From an uncultured Flavobacteriales bacterium (lineage in GTDB: Bacteria; Bacteroidota; Bacteroidia; Flavobacteriales_D; Parvicellaceae), in contig CAJWDP010000012.1 in the NCBI GenBank assembly GCA_913030835.1, positions 718 through 64,717 on the forward strand: a DNA stretch of 64,000 bases. Direction: 5' to 3'. Under the pieces are notes generated by a model. The model was not told the origin of the DNA and did not search any database. It worked only from the letters and a program-made list of their open reading frames with translations. The position numbers and the translations under genes are program-made. Of the stretch, positions 1 to 10,349 are shown piece by piece. How positions within the stretch are numbered: position 1 is the first letter of the stretch; each line of letters opens with the position of its first letter.

Positions 1-2
1 AA

Positions 3-188
3 GATCAATCTTCCAAAGCAAGTGATCATTTTCTATTCAAAGGAATTGAATTGCTAAATCAAACCGATATTGATTTTAAGGCAAGTAAAAATCAACGACT
101 CCTGGTCGAATTGGCCCTTATGCAACTATGCTCAATCACCGCGGTGGACGAAAAAAAAAAGCTTACACCAAAAGCAGTAACGGTTTAA
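3..188 (+). CDS. dnaX: DNA polymerase III subunit gamma/tau (DnaX), end of the 0-frame ORF. The 5' end lies off the left edge and the 0 frame stops at TAA 186-188.
   Basis: Translation from nt 3 is open and reads DQSSKASDHFLFKGIELLNQTDIDFKASKNQRLLVELALMQLCSITAVDEKKKLTPKAVTV*. The NQRLLVELxLMQL segment is typical of the end of DnaX domain III in Bacteroidota. The ORF is absent from the track because it has no start inside the window. Confidence 0.7.
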   Translation, partial: DQSSKASDHFLFKGIELLNQTDIDFKASKNQRLLVELALMQLCSITAVDEKKKLTPKAVTV

Positions 189-886
189 TTGAATTAATCC
201 CTCCCGATTACTTAAAAGGTTCAAATGGTTCATTATCCAATGGTTCTACAAATGTAAAATCCGAACATACGAGCAATACAATCGACACGGCGCCATCCAA
301 CAACAAAGAATCAATAACCAATACGTCCAATAAAGAGGATCCTGTTTCCACTGCTGAAGGCGATCCTGAAGAACCCACAAAAAAGATCAATCGGAACGTT
401 GGATTTAATCAGTTGTCAGTTAAGAAGAAAAAAGCCTTATCCATCAGTCCCAAAACGGACGAGCAATCGAAAGAACAGGTAAAAGAAGAAAACATACAGC
501 TTTCGGATCAACCGAAAGATAATTTCGGATTCGATGACTTACTTGAGAAATGGAATAGCTATGCGAATCGAATGAAGCATGAGGGCAAAACGAATTTACA
601 CACGACGTTAACGAAATACAATCCAGAATTAAAACCGGATTGCACCATTGTAATTCAAATTGACAACTCCGTTCAGGAGGAAGTGCTGTCAACCGAAAAA
701 ATGGAATTGCTTGACTTTTTGCGTAAAGAGCTAAATAATTTCTCCATCCAGATCGAAACCTCTTTAGCGGATTCGGAGTCGGGAACTGCACTATACACCA
801 CACGGGATAAATTTGAGAAAATTGCTTCCCGAAATCCTTCATTAAATAAGCTAAAAGATTCGTTGGGCCTCGATCTCGATTATTAG
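128..886 (+). CDS. dnaX: DnaX C-terminal (tau-specific) linker and domain, encoded in the -1 frame relative to the incoming dnaX frame. The ATG at 128 is probably not a genuine start.
   Basis: The ORF begins with a low-complexity S/T/N/K/E-rich linker. A C-terminal block follows (DNFGFDDLLEKWNSYANRMKHEGKTNLHTTL...YTTRDKFEKIASRNPSLNKLKDSLGLDLDY) that resembles the C-terminus of full-length Bacteroidota DnaX. The frame joins the upstream frame at the A10 run. Confidence 0.6.
   Translation: MLNHRGGRKKKAYTKSSNGLIELIPPDYLKGSNGSLSNGSTNVKSEHTSNTIDTAPSNNKESITNTSNKEDPVSTAEGDPEEPTKKINRNVGFNQLSVKKKKALSISPKTDEQSKEQVKEENIQLSDQPKDNFGFDDLLEKWNSYANRMKHEGKTNLHTTLTKYNPELKPDCTIVIQIDNSVQEEVLSTEKMELLDFLRKELNNFSIQIETSLADSESGTALYTTRDKFEKIASRNPSLNKLKDSLGLDLDY
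151..160 (+). other. A10 homopolymer, a candidate recoding or slippage site inside dnaX
   Basis: The 0 frame reads GAA AAA AAA AAG, which contains A AAA AAG in the same phase as the E. coli dnaX frameshift heptamer. The frame break between 3..188 and 128..886 maps here. Confidence 0.5.
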
Positions 887-895
887 CTCGATTCA

Positions 896-927
896 TTTGA
901 TAAAGCGCATTGTTTCCTATACATTTG
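896..927 (+). promoter_or_regulatory. Bacteroidota sigma-A type promoter for icd (-33 TTTG, 20-nt spacer, -7 TACATTTG)
   Basis: TTTG lies at 896-899 and TAcaTTTG at 920-927, matching the TTTG-N19-21-TAnnTTTG consensus. The motif ends 73 nt upstream of the icd ATG. Confidence 0.45.
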
Positions 928-988
928 CGGCTTAATCCGAGCAGGGTTTTCACGAATTCATTTTTCGAATTCACTATTGATTAATTAG

Positions 989-3235
<2,247 letters not shown>

Positions 3236-3307
3236 TCTTGCTGTATCCTCTCAACGGACTATGCATACCGGTTGGAAGCCTGTGCAATACTAATTTATAT
3301 GGCTGGA

Positions 3308-5410
3308 CTACTGACTACTAATGTCCTGTTGTTCCCGTAACTTGATTTCCTGGCGTATGGCCTTCAACTCTCCGCGTATTACTGCTTTATTCCTAGACAA
3401 AGCATGCTGATGTTCCGATATCTGCTTTAATTGACTTAAATATCTGGACCGCTCAAATCGCTGATTGAACCTTCGGTGTGGACCCGCCGTTGACTTTTCC
3501 CATGCACAACCCCGAATCAACTCTTTCTGTTCCTTGGTGTTCTTTTCCAACCAAAAATTAAGATCAAAATTGCGCTCACGAAGAGAATCGTACATAAACA
3601 GATGATTCTCAAAACTCAAAACAGCTTGACTGTTCAATTTCAACAAGTTGGCACCAAGTTCATCCACGTCAACAAATGGACTGAGCTCCGTGTACAACGA
3701 TTGAGCAGTTTTGATCCCACGCTTCATAGAAGACAGGTTTTTGTAATGCTGTCCTACTACACGCTTTACCTTCTTACTAACCAGAAATAACAAGCTGTCT
3801 CGGTGCTTCAAATGAGCTTCATTCCAGATCTGTGCGCGAATTCTTGCATTTAAATAAATTGAATCGTACCGCGCATAGAATGCTAACAACCAACCTTCCG
3901 ATTCCATTGTACACATAATTTGGTTGATCAAAGCACTGTCTACCAGCTCCATTTGTTGGTCAATTAAATTAAATGTGTTGCTTAGTGCCATTTTTAAGGT
4001 GTCATTTTGCAGGATAAGGCGATCAACATCAGCAAGGGCTTCATTGGCGTCAGACAATTTTTTCTCCAGCTCTGATCTTGGTGGTATTTCCTCCGCACCT
4101 TCTTTTTGTTTCAATTGAATCGCAGCTTGCTTTTTTATAGCAACCTTGAGTTTTTCATATTTTATTTTCAACGCTTTGTTCTGACTCTTATTCTTTCTAA
4201 TCAATACCTTGTTTTTTGTGCAGGCTGATTTCGTTTTGGCAATTATTTTATTGTTCTCACGAAAGACTCTTTTATATCGATCCTTTTGTTTTTTCAATAA
4301 GGATAAGTGTACCCTCTTTTCCGTTGATTTTTGATTTTTGAATGCGGCTTTTGCTTCTAACACGAAATAATTCAGCGTATCGTACTCGGTATAACGCAAC
4401 TCGCAATCGGGCAGATCTTGCGGTTTTGTCCCCTGATACTTAACCAAACTTTCATAAACAAATCTTTCCTGGCCAAAACCGTATCTGAAGTCATTCGTGT
4501 CGTTGTAATTCGAACAGGAATACCCGATGACCTGATCAGGAAACTCATGGAAAATGCAATGTTCTATTGAATCCTTATAGTTGTAAAATGGCCCCTCTAC
4601 TCTGTTTCGTAGGTAGGCTCTTTTCTGTCCCAAAGAAAGTCGAAATGAATCGATCGGCATTGGATCATGAAGCAGCTGCCAGAATGGAACCACAGGCAAG
4701 TGATCAATAATCATTTCATCTGGAGGCATATTGTATCTGGTGTACACCGGAGCTCGAACAAATTTTAGTTTGGGGTTTACATAAGGTATTCCTAATCTTC
4801 TTAAAAATTGGGCAAACTTCCCATGTTGAACCCCAACAAATCCGGCATCGAAGGTGGCATCCACTAATTGCCATTTTCCATCTAGCTGGACCCCATTCCA
4901 GGAATGGTCAGCTACATGATAAGCGTCAGAGTGCTGATACACCCAAAGATCCTTATCAATATTACCATCTATTCTTTTACATACAATGTCGGCTTCAGCA
5001 CATAGCTCCTCAAGCAAACTTGAATAGTGTTGACACACCCCTTTTCTTCTTTTCAACGTTTTTTGGGAGGATTGATGCTTAATACTATAGTTCTCCAGTT
5101 GCTTTACATCGTACTTGATGTTGTGGATGACCCAAGTATAGAGCGCCAAAAATTTATCTTCATCCGAATCCCAATTTTCCGTAAGCTTTTTTGAAAGCAT
5201 TTCCGTAGTTCTGGCGAAGCCGGGAGGCACTTTTTTAGACCGTTCAATCACCAACTCATTCTGGCCGTAGCCGGTTAAGCCTACCAACATAAAAATCGAC
5301 GTAGCAATAAAAATTATGAATAGAATCGGTTTCACAAAAGTCTTCTTCGAAATAACAAACCTATTCAAATCGCTGATTTGATGCAAAGACCTCGGAGAAT
5401 CATTTGACAA
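3308..5410 (-). CDS. Membrane-anchored transglutaminase-like (papain-fold) protein with a long C-terminal coiled-coil-like region
   Basis: An N-terminal TM helix (ILFIIFIATSIFMLVGL) is followed by a transglutaminase-core triad context: KGVCQHY (Cys), DHSWN (His), VDATFD (Asp). The C-terminal roughly 330 aa are K/Q/E/L-rich and helical. Confidence 0.7.
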   Translation of the reverse strand: MSNDSPRSLHQISDLNRFVISKKTFVKPILFIIFIATSIFMLVGLTGYGQNELVIERSKKVPPGFARTTEMLSKKLTENWDSDEDKFLALYTWVIHNIKYDVKQLENYSIKHQSSQKTLKRRKGVCQHYSSLLEELCAEADIVCKRIDGNIDKDLWVYQHSDAYHVADHSWNGVQLDGKWQLVDATFDAGFVGVQHGKFAQFLRRLGIPYVNPKLKFVRAPVYTRYNMPPDEMIIDHLPVVPFWQLLHDPMPIDSFRLSLGQKRAYLRNRVEGPFYNYKDSIEHCIFHEFPDQVIGYSCSNYNDTNDFRYGFGQERFVYESLVKYQGTKPQDLPDCELRYTEYDTLNYFVLEAKAAFKNQKSTEKRVHLSLLKKQKDRYKRVFRENNKIIAKTKSACTKNKVLIRKNKSQNKALKIKYEKLKVAIKKQAAIQLKQKEGAEEIPPRSELEKKLSDANEALADVDRLILQNDTLKMALSNTFNLIDQQMELVDSALINQIMCTMESEGWLLAFYARYDSIYLNARIRAQIWNEAHLKHRDSLLFLVSKKVKRVVGQHYKNLSSMKRGIKTAQSLYTELSPFVDVDELGANLLKLNSQAVLSFENHLFMYDSLRERNFDLNFWLEKNTKEQKELIRGCAWEKSTAGPHRRFNQRFERSRYLSQLKQISEHQHALSRNKAVIRGELKAIRQEIKLREQQDISSQ

Positions 5411-5491
5411 ATACTATTACCTCTTGGACTCAACAAGAATATTTATCGTTTCATTATTTCTGATCGTTTCCCTTTTCTAACTTCGCGCAGA

Positions 5492-6832
5492 ATGGAACGA
5501 GTAGCCTTTCGAGAAATATCTAGATTAGCGATACCGGCAATATTGTTCAATGTTGTCGAACCGGTAATTGGAATGACGGACATGGCAATTATTGGAAGGC
5601 TTCCAGAACATGCATCAGAGGCCCAAGGGGGCGTCGGACTTTCCGCCGGATTGATCTCCCTGCTGGTTTGGAGCCTAGCACAGCTCCGAACAGCCGTATC
5701 ATCCATAACATCTCAATATCTCGGAAAAAACAAACTCGATCAGATCAAATCCTTAATTCCCATCTCACTATTCGCCAGCGTATTCCTTGGAACATTTGCT
5801 TGGTTAAGCACCTCCTATTTCTACGCCCCCATTAGCGAATTTTTGTATGCCAAGTCAAGCCCTATTATCATGGAGCAAGCCGAACTATATTATACCATTC
5901 GGTCCATTGGCCTTCCTCTTTCACTTTTTATCGCCTGTTCTTTTGGAATTTTCCGCGGATTGCAAAATACAAGCTGGGCGATGGTCATCGGTCTTGTGGG
6001 AGGTGGTATTAATCTACTACTGGATTTACTTCTGGTTAACGGATTTTGGAAAGTTCCGGCTTTCGGAGTTGCAGGGGCAGCTTACGCCAGTTTGATTTCC
6101 CAGTTTGTAATGGTTTCTTTATGCATTGTTGTGATCCAACGTAAAACCCCTTTTGATTTGTTTTTCATTCGCTCAAAGGTCAACGAGCTGAAAAATATGC
6201 TTTTAATTTTTGCAAATATGTTTGTAAGAACCATAGCCGTTAGCGGGACTTTCATTGTTGCTCTTCGATTTGCAAATCGTTACGAGGAATTAAAAGAGGG
6301 CACATTAGCTGCTTATGCAATCGGCATTAACATCTGGCTCTTTTCCTCCTATTTCATTGATGGATTTTCCAATGCCGGAAACGCCATATCCGGCAAACTC
6401 CTGGGAGAGCGGAACTATCAAAAGCTAGTTTCATTGAGAAATGATCTCTTGAAAATCAATATCTATATTGGAGCGGGCCTTTCCTTATTGTATGGTGCTT
6501 TCTACTTTTTAATTGGGAACTTATTTACCGAAGATCTTGAAGTGAGGACCATCTTCTATTCATTTTTTTGGATCGTTATTCTGATGCAGCCCTTCAACTC
6601 AATTGCCTTCAGTTATGATGGCATCTTTAAAGGACTAGGAGAGGCTAAAGCGCTCAGAAACACCCTTCTTATCGGCACCTTTTTAATCTTTGTACCTATT
6701 CTCTTCGGAGTAGGCAGTGCTTTTCCAACTCTGTACAGCATTTGGGGTGCTTTTTCCGCCTGGATGATCTTTAGGGGATTGAGCCTGCATTTTATTTTTA
6801 GAAAAAAGTATGTAATCGGCAAAGGCATTTGA
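5492..6832 (+). CDS. MATE family efflux transporter (DinF-like)
   Basis: The 446-aa protein has about 12 predicted TM segments and the typical MATE N-terminus ILRLAIPAIL-like (REISRLAIPAILFNVVEPVIGMTD). Confidence 0.8.
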   Translation: MERVAFREISRLAIPAILFNVVEPVIGMTDMAIIGRLPEHASEAQGGVGLSAGLISLLVWSLAQLRTAVSSITSQYLGKNKLDQIKSLIPISLFASVFLGTFAWLSTSYFYAPISEFLYAKSSPIIMEQAELYYTIRSIGLPLSLFIACSFGIFRGLQNTSWAMVIGLVGGGINLLLDLLLVNGFWKVPAFGVAGAAYASLISQFVMVSLCIVVIQRKTPFDLFFIRSKVNELKNMLLIFANMFVRTIAVSGTFIVALRFANRYEELKEGTLAAYAIGINIWLFSSYFIDGFSNAGNAISGKLLGERNYQKLVSLRNDLLKINIYIGAGLSLLYGAFYFLIGNLFTEDLEVRTIFYSFFWIVILMQPFNSIAFSYDGIFKGLGEAKALRNTLLIGTFLIFVPILFGVGSAFPTLYSIWGAFSAWMIFRGLSLHFIFRKKYVIGKGI

Positions 6833-6844
6833 TCGAATTAAAAA

Positions 6845-6891
6845 GGGTCGAACAAATTGGGCAGCCTATAATTTCCCAGTTTGTTCGACCC
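6845..6891. terminator. Bidirectional intrinsic terminator between the convergent MATE gene and the T9SS cargo gene
   Basis: A perfect 12-bp stem pairs GGGTCGAACAAA (6845-6856) with TTTGTTCGACCC (6880-6891). It extends to about 17 bp and is flanked by an A-run on the left and T-rich sequence on the right. Confidence 0.7.
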
Positions 6892-6915
6892 TTGTGGTTT
6901 TGTCAATACGATTTA

Positions 6916-9900
6916 CTATTGAATCTTATACGTTAAGCTAATACCATTATCCATTTGAAGATTGACCAAATACATTCCGGTTGAACCATTCTTTGGAATT
7001 CTGATCGAATTGTTCCCAAGCAATTCATTTTGTTGTGCAAGCAATTTACCTTCTATGGTAAGAACACTAATTGCAGTGTTTATTTGCTCATCAAAACTCG
7101 TTTCGATAACAATTTCGTTTCCGCTCGTATACACTTTAGCATTGGTTTGCACATCGAAATCAGCGATGGAAGTAGGTGATGAGTTGATCACTTCTATTTT
7201 CACTGTTTCATTACCGATGCACCCTTTGCTGTTTTCAGCCTCAACCTTAATGTTGTATGCGCCTGCGTAGTTGTATTTATGAATTGGAGTATCTGTACTA
7301 TATGTAGTACCGTCACCCATGTCCCAAGTTAGTTCACAGCTTTCTTTTGTGTAACAAGCCAGCTCTGGCATTTCGCCTAAAGCAATGTCAATGATAGTAT
7401 TCTCCAAAATCAATTCAGTGCTTACCGGGTTTGTTGGAAGTACCTCAACATTCAGCTCTGCTAGTTCACAACCTACATCAAAAGAGATCGTATACTCTCC
7501 TGCTTCTAATCCTGTTATTTCGAAGTAGTCATTTGTACCGTTTGCTGTGCCCACGAGCGCACCAGTTTCGTCCATCCATTCAATTGTGTAAGAAGAAGAT
7601 GAGATTCCATCTATTTCTACTGAACCATCAGCATCTCTGTGACAAGTAGGCGATACAGGAGTAACACTCGCTACTTCTTGGGTAATGTGGATGACAAATC
7701 TTACATCCGGCTCAATCAAGCTCTTGGTATATGTATATTCAGAAAGCTCTCTTAAATCCTGAGTTGATCCGGTGTGAAGATCTTCAAGCACAATACAGGT
7801 GTTTTCACCATAATTCTCTAGGTTGTCAAATCGAAGTGTTACGGCTCCCGTAAAATTCGCACCTATATAGGATTTCAAGTAAACGTCTTGAGTTGCTGAT
7901 GAAATTGTGTTGTACGCCAGCTCTTGCCCACCAACCATGAACATTAAACTTGTTGTTTCCTCAACCAAGCTAGCATCCGTCCATCTTTTTGGAAAATCTT
8001 CACCGGGAACAAAACCGTTGTCAGCTCCATTTCTCATTTTAAGTATCACCTCGTCGCAAAGAAGATCAGAAGAATTGTATGCACTTATTTTGATCAAGTC
8101 GTTTGCAATAGCTCCACTCTTATAGAAGCTTTGATCCGTTGTGTTCTTATCTGCTTCTTGAATTGTTAAAGAAGGGTTATCCGCTGTCGCATGTACCCAA
8201 AATGAATGTGAATGAGGCATGTATTGCGTAGTTCCATTCGTTCCGGTTACATCTCCACCAACGTACAGTCCATATTGTGGAGTAACTACTCCCTCTGTTA
8301 TCCAAACCCAGTACGCGTCATCAATATTCACCTTGTTAGCAGGATCTATAGCGTCCCAATCGATTGTACAAGGGAATGGATTACCAATTAAGTTCCACCC
8401 TTCTTCATCGGCAGGACCTGCATCATCTTCATATTTTAAATTCATAGTAAAGTCTCCTTGGTATGGAGTTCCAATAACATCCAATCGATGCGCAGCATTA
8501 CCAAGATACACCCTCCATCCCTGAGTCGGACCTGTGGTATCCGTAATGTTAGCTGCTTCTACCCAACCATCTTCATCCACTCCATTTGCCAGTGTATCGT
8601 TGTAACAGAATGCATTGACCCAGCTAAATGCTGTGTAGGTTGAACCAGGGAAACCTGAAAATGTTATCCCATTGTTTTTCCAGTCTTCCAAGGTTGTTGA
8701 ATCCACAGGCGATGAAATTTCTCGCCATCCATTGCCTACGCAATCTACATAGCGCTCAACTTCCAAGTCACCTATATACGACCCTGTTCCAATGTCGTCC
8801 ATTTGCGCTGTACCTGAAGCATTGGACACCAAAATTACTTCGTATCCATTGGCATTAAATGTACCCTCATCGATATCAAGAACTCCCTCTATACTTTGTG
8901 TGCCATTAACTACTACAGCTCCGCCTGAGTTGCTCAATGTCAGCTCATACCATGTTGTGCTTCCTCCGATTGTTTGTTGTGAGGACCCATTTAAAATGAT
9001 GTTGTCCCCATCAGCATATGTATATGTACCCAGATTTAACCAGTCACCAGACAGATACATCACTGTTGCCGACGTGGATGTAAGCGTCCCTCCAAACCCA
9101 ATCATCAGGTCGCTATTTACATTGATTGTATCGGATGAATTCATTGTGCCGTTAATAGTAAGATCCACGGGCACATCAAGTTTACCACCACTTGTATTGA
9201 AAGTAACTCCACTGTTCACAGTTACATTTCCGAAAATATTGGTCGATAATAAATCTCCTTGAAGAGTTTTCGTTCCTGAACCCGCAAGTTCCAAATTGAA
9301 ATAGGAGATATTAGTGTCCACCACTATTGTTTGGTCCGGACCATCATAAGCAACTGTAGAGTTAGAGCCATTGGCCTGAATGGTTCCTCCGCTTGAATCC
9401 AATTTCACGGAATCATATATCTCCAGTCGCGCTCCTACATATTGCATATTGATGATCAGACTATCGCCGGATGCGCCTGCATTCGCCATCAAGATCAAGT
9501 GTTGATCTATATCCATGGTTCCACCATCCATATTAAAATCCATCCCGCCTGTAGCTCCTTGAGTGTTCAGCTCCAGACTCTTACCTACATCCATTGTTCC
9601 GGTCAAATCAAAGATCATTTCACTGCTATTTTGCATAATGAATTCCATTGAACCTGCAACATCAAGTATACCCGCACAGGTAAAAACTGAACCTGTAGAA
9701 TTCGTTATGTCCATCGTGTTTGTCAAACCATAATCCGCATTGATTCTTCCGGTACTAGATATGGTAACGTCACAGTCAAAATCTGCATTGGCAGAATAGA
9801 TATAATATCTACCTGCTACATTAACGGTTCCATTTACGGTAACTTCCACTCGGGCACTCGCCGCGTTACCAAGATGTTGCCATTCGTCCACAATCGTTAA

Positions 9901-10188
9901 CAATGTGCTTGAAGCTGTGGTAAATACTGTATTTCCACCTGTACTTTCTATAAAGAGGCTAAAGCAATCTCCATTCGCTCCCAAGTTTATTGTGTCGCCA
10001 TCTGCGATGGTTACTACATCATCAGAATCGGGAATCATATCACCATCTGAACCTGAAATCAAAACCCAGGCAGCTGGATCATTCCAGTCGGTTGAATTAC
10101 CTGAGGATTCTAGCTCGGCAGCGTGTAAGTTGGTAAAAATGCATGTGATAAATACGATTAGGGTTAGTTTTGCGCTCTTGCTTTTCAT
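6916..10188 (-). CDS. Large secreted surface protein (adhesin-like, with a PKD domain) carrying a T9SS C-terminal sorting domain
   Basis: The signal peptide is MKSKSAKLTLIVFITCIFTNLHA. The body is G/T/N/D-rich and beta-helix-like. A PKD-like segment reads WDMGDGTTYSTDTPIHKYNYAGAYNIKVEAENSKGC. The last roughly 80 aa (...GMYLVNLQMDNGISLTYKIQ) look like a type A Por secretion tail. Confidence 0.8.
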   Translation of the reverse strand: MKSKSAKLTLIVFITCIFTNLHAAELESSGNSTDWNDPAAWVLISGSDGDMIPDSDDVVTIADGDTINLGANGDCFSLFIESTGGNTVFTTASSTLLTIVDEWQHLGNAASARVEVTVNGTVNVAGRYYIYSANADFDCDVTISSTGRINADYGLTNTMDITNSTGSVFTCAGILDVAGSMEFIMQNSSEMIFDLTGTMDVGKSLELNTQGATGGMDFNMDGGTMDIDQHLILMANAGASGDSLIINMQYVGARLEIYDSVKLDSSGGTIQANGSNSTVAYDGPDQTIVVDTNISYFNLELAGSGTKTLQGDLLSTNIFGNVTVNSGVTFNTSGGKLDVPVDLTINGTMNSSDTINVNSDLMIGFGGTLTSTSATVMYLSGDWLNLGTYTYADGDNIILNGSSQQTIGGSTTWYELTLSNSGGAVVVNGTQSIEGVLDIDEGTFNANGYEVILVSNASGTAQMDDIGTGSYIGDLEVERYVDCVGNGWREISSPVDSTTLEDWKNNGITFSGFPGSTYTAFSWVNAFCYNDTLANGVDEDGWVEAANITDTTGPTQGWRVYLGNAAHRLDVIGTPYQGDFTMNLKYEDDAGPADEEGWNLIGNPFPCTIDWDAIDPANKVNIDDAYWVWITEGVVTPQYGLYVGGDVTGTNGTTQYMPHSHSFWVHATADNPSLTIQEADKNTTDQSFYKSGAIANDLIKISAYNSSDLLCDEVILKMRNGADNGFVPGEDFPKRWTDASLVEETTSLMFMVGGQELAYNTISSATQDVYLKSYIGANFTGAVTLRFDNLENYGENTCIVLEDLHTGSTQDLRELSEYTYTKSLIEPDVRFVIHITQEVASVTPVSPTCHRDADGSVEIDGISSSSYTIEWMDETGALVGTANGTNDYFEITGLEAGEYTISFDVGCELAELNVEVLPTNPVSTELILENTIIDIALGEMPELACYTKESCELTWDMGDGTTYSTDTPIHKYNYAGAYNIKVEAENSKGCIGNETVKIEVINSSPTSIADFDVQTNAKVYTSGNEIVIETSFDEQINTAISVLTIEGKLLAQQNELLGNNSIRIPKNGSTGMYLVNLQMDNGISLTYKIQ

Positions 10189-10349
10189 AACTAGGCTTTT
10201 TTAAAGTTTCTAGTTTATTTACGCCTGATGCAACGGGTATATGACAGGGAGTTTCCCAATGAACCAGTTTGCTTTCCGAATTGACAATAGAGTTGTACTA
10301 CGAAGTCGCACGTCAATTCTCTAAGATGAAGAATCGAGCATATTTTTGT

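Noticed and set aside
953-973. Direct repeat CGAATTCA-TTTTT-CGAATTCA upstream of icd
   Set aside because: It is short. Each copy is built on the self-complementary GAATTC, and any hairpin would be weak. It lies downstream of the predicted icd promoter with no supporting context.
444-974. 176-aa ORF antisense to the dnaX C-terminal region
   Set aside because: It lies entirely opposite a better-supported coding frame. Its composition is Cys/Arg/Ser-rich and unlike the real proteins here, and it has no recognisable motif.
6962-10204. Multiple plus-strand ORFs of 60-156 aa (for example 8792-9262) inside the T9SS cargo gene
   Set aside because: All are antisense shadows of a 1090-aa ORF with a clear signal peptide, a PKD domain and a sorting tail. 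Their products are low-complexity Pro/Ser/Leu-rich sequences.
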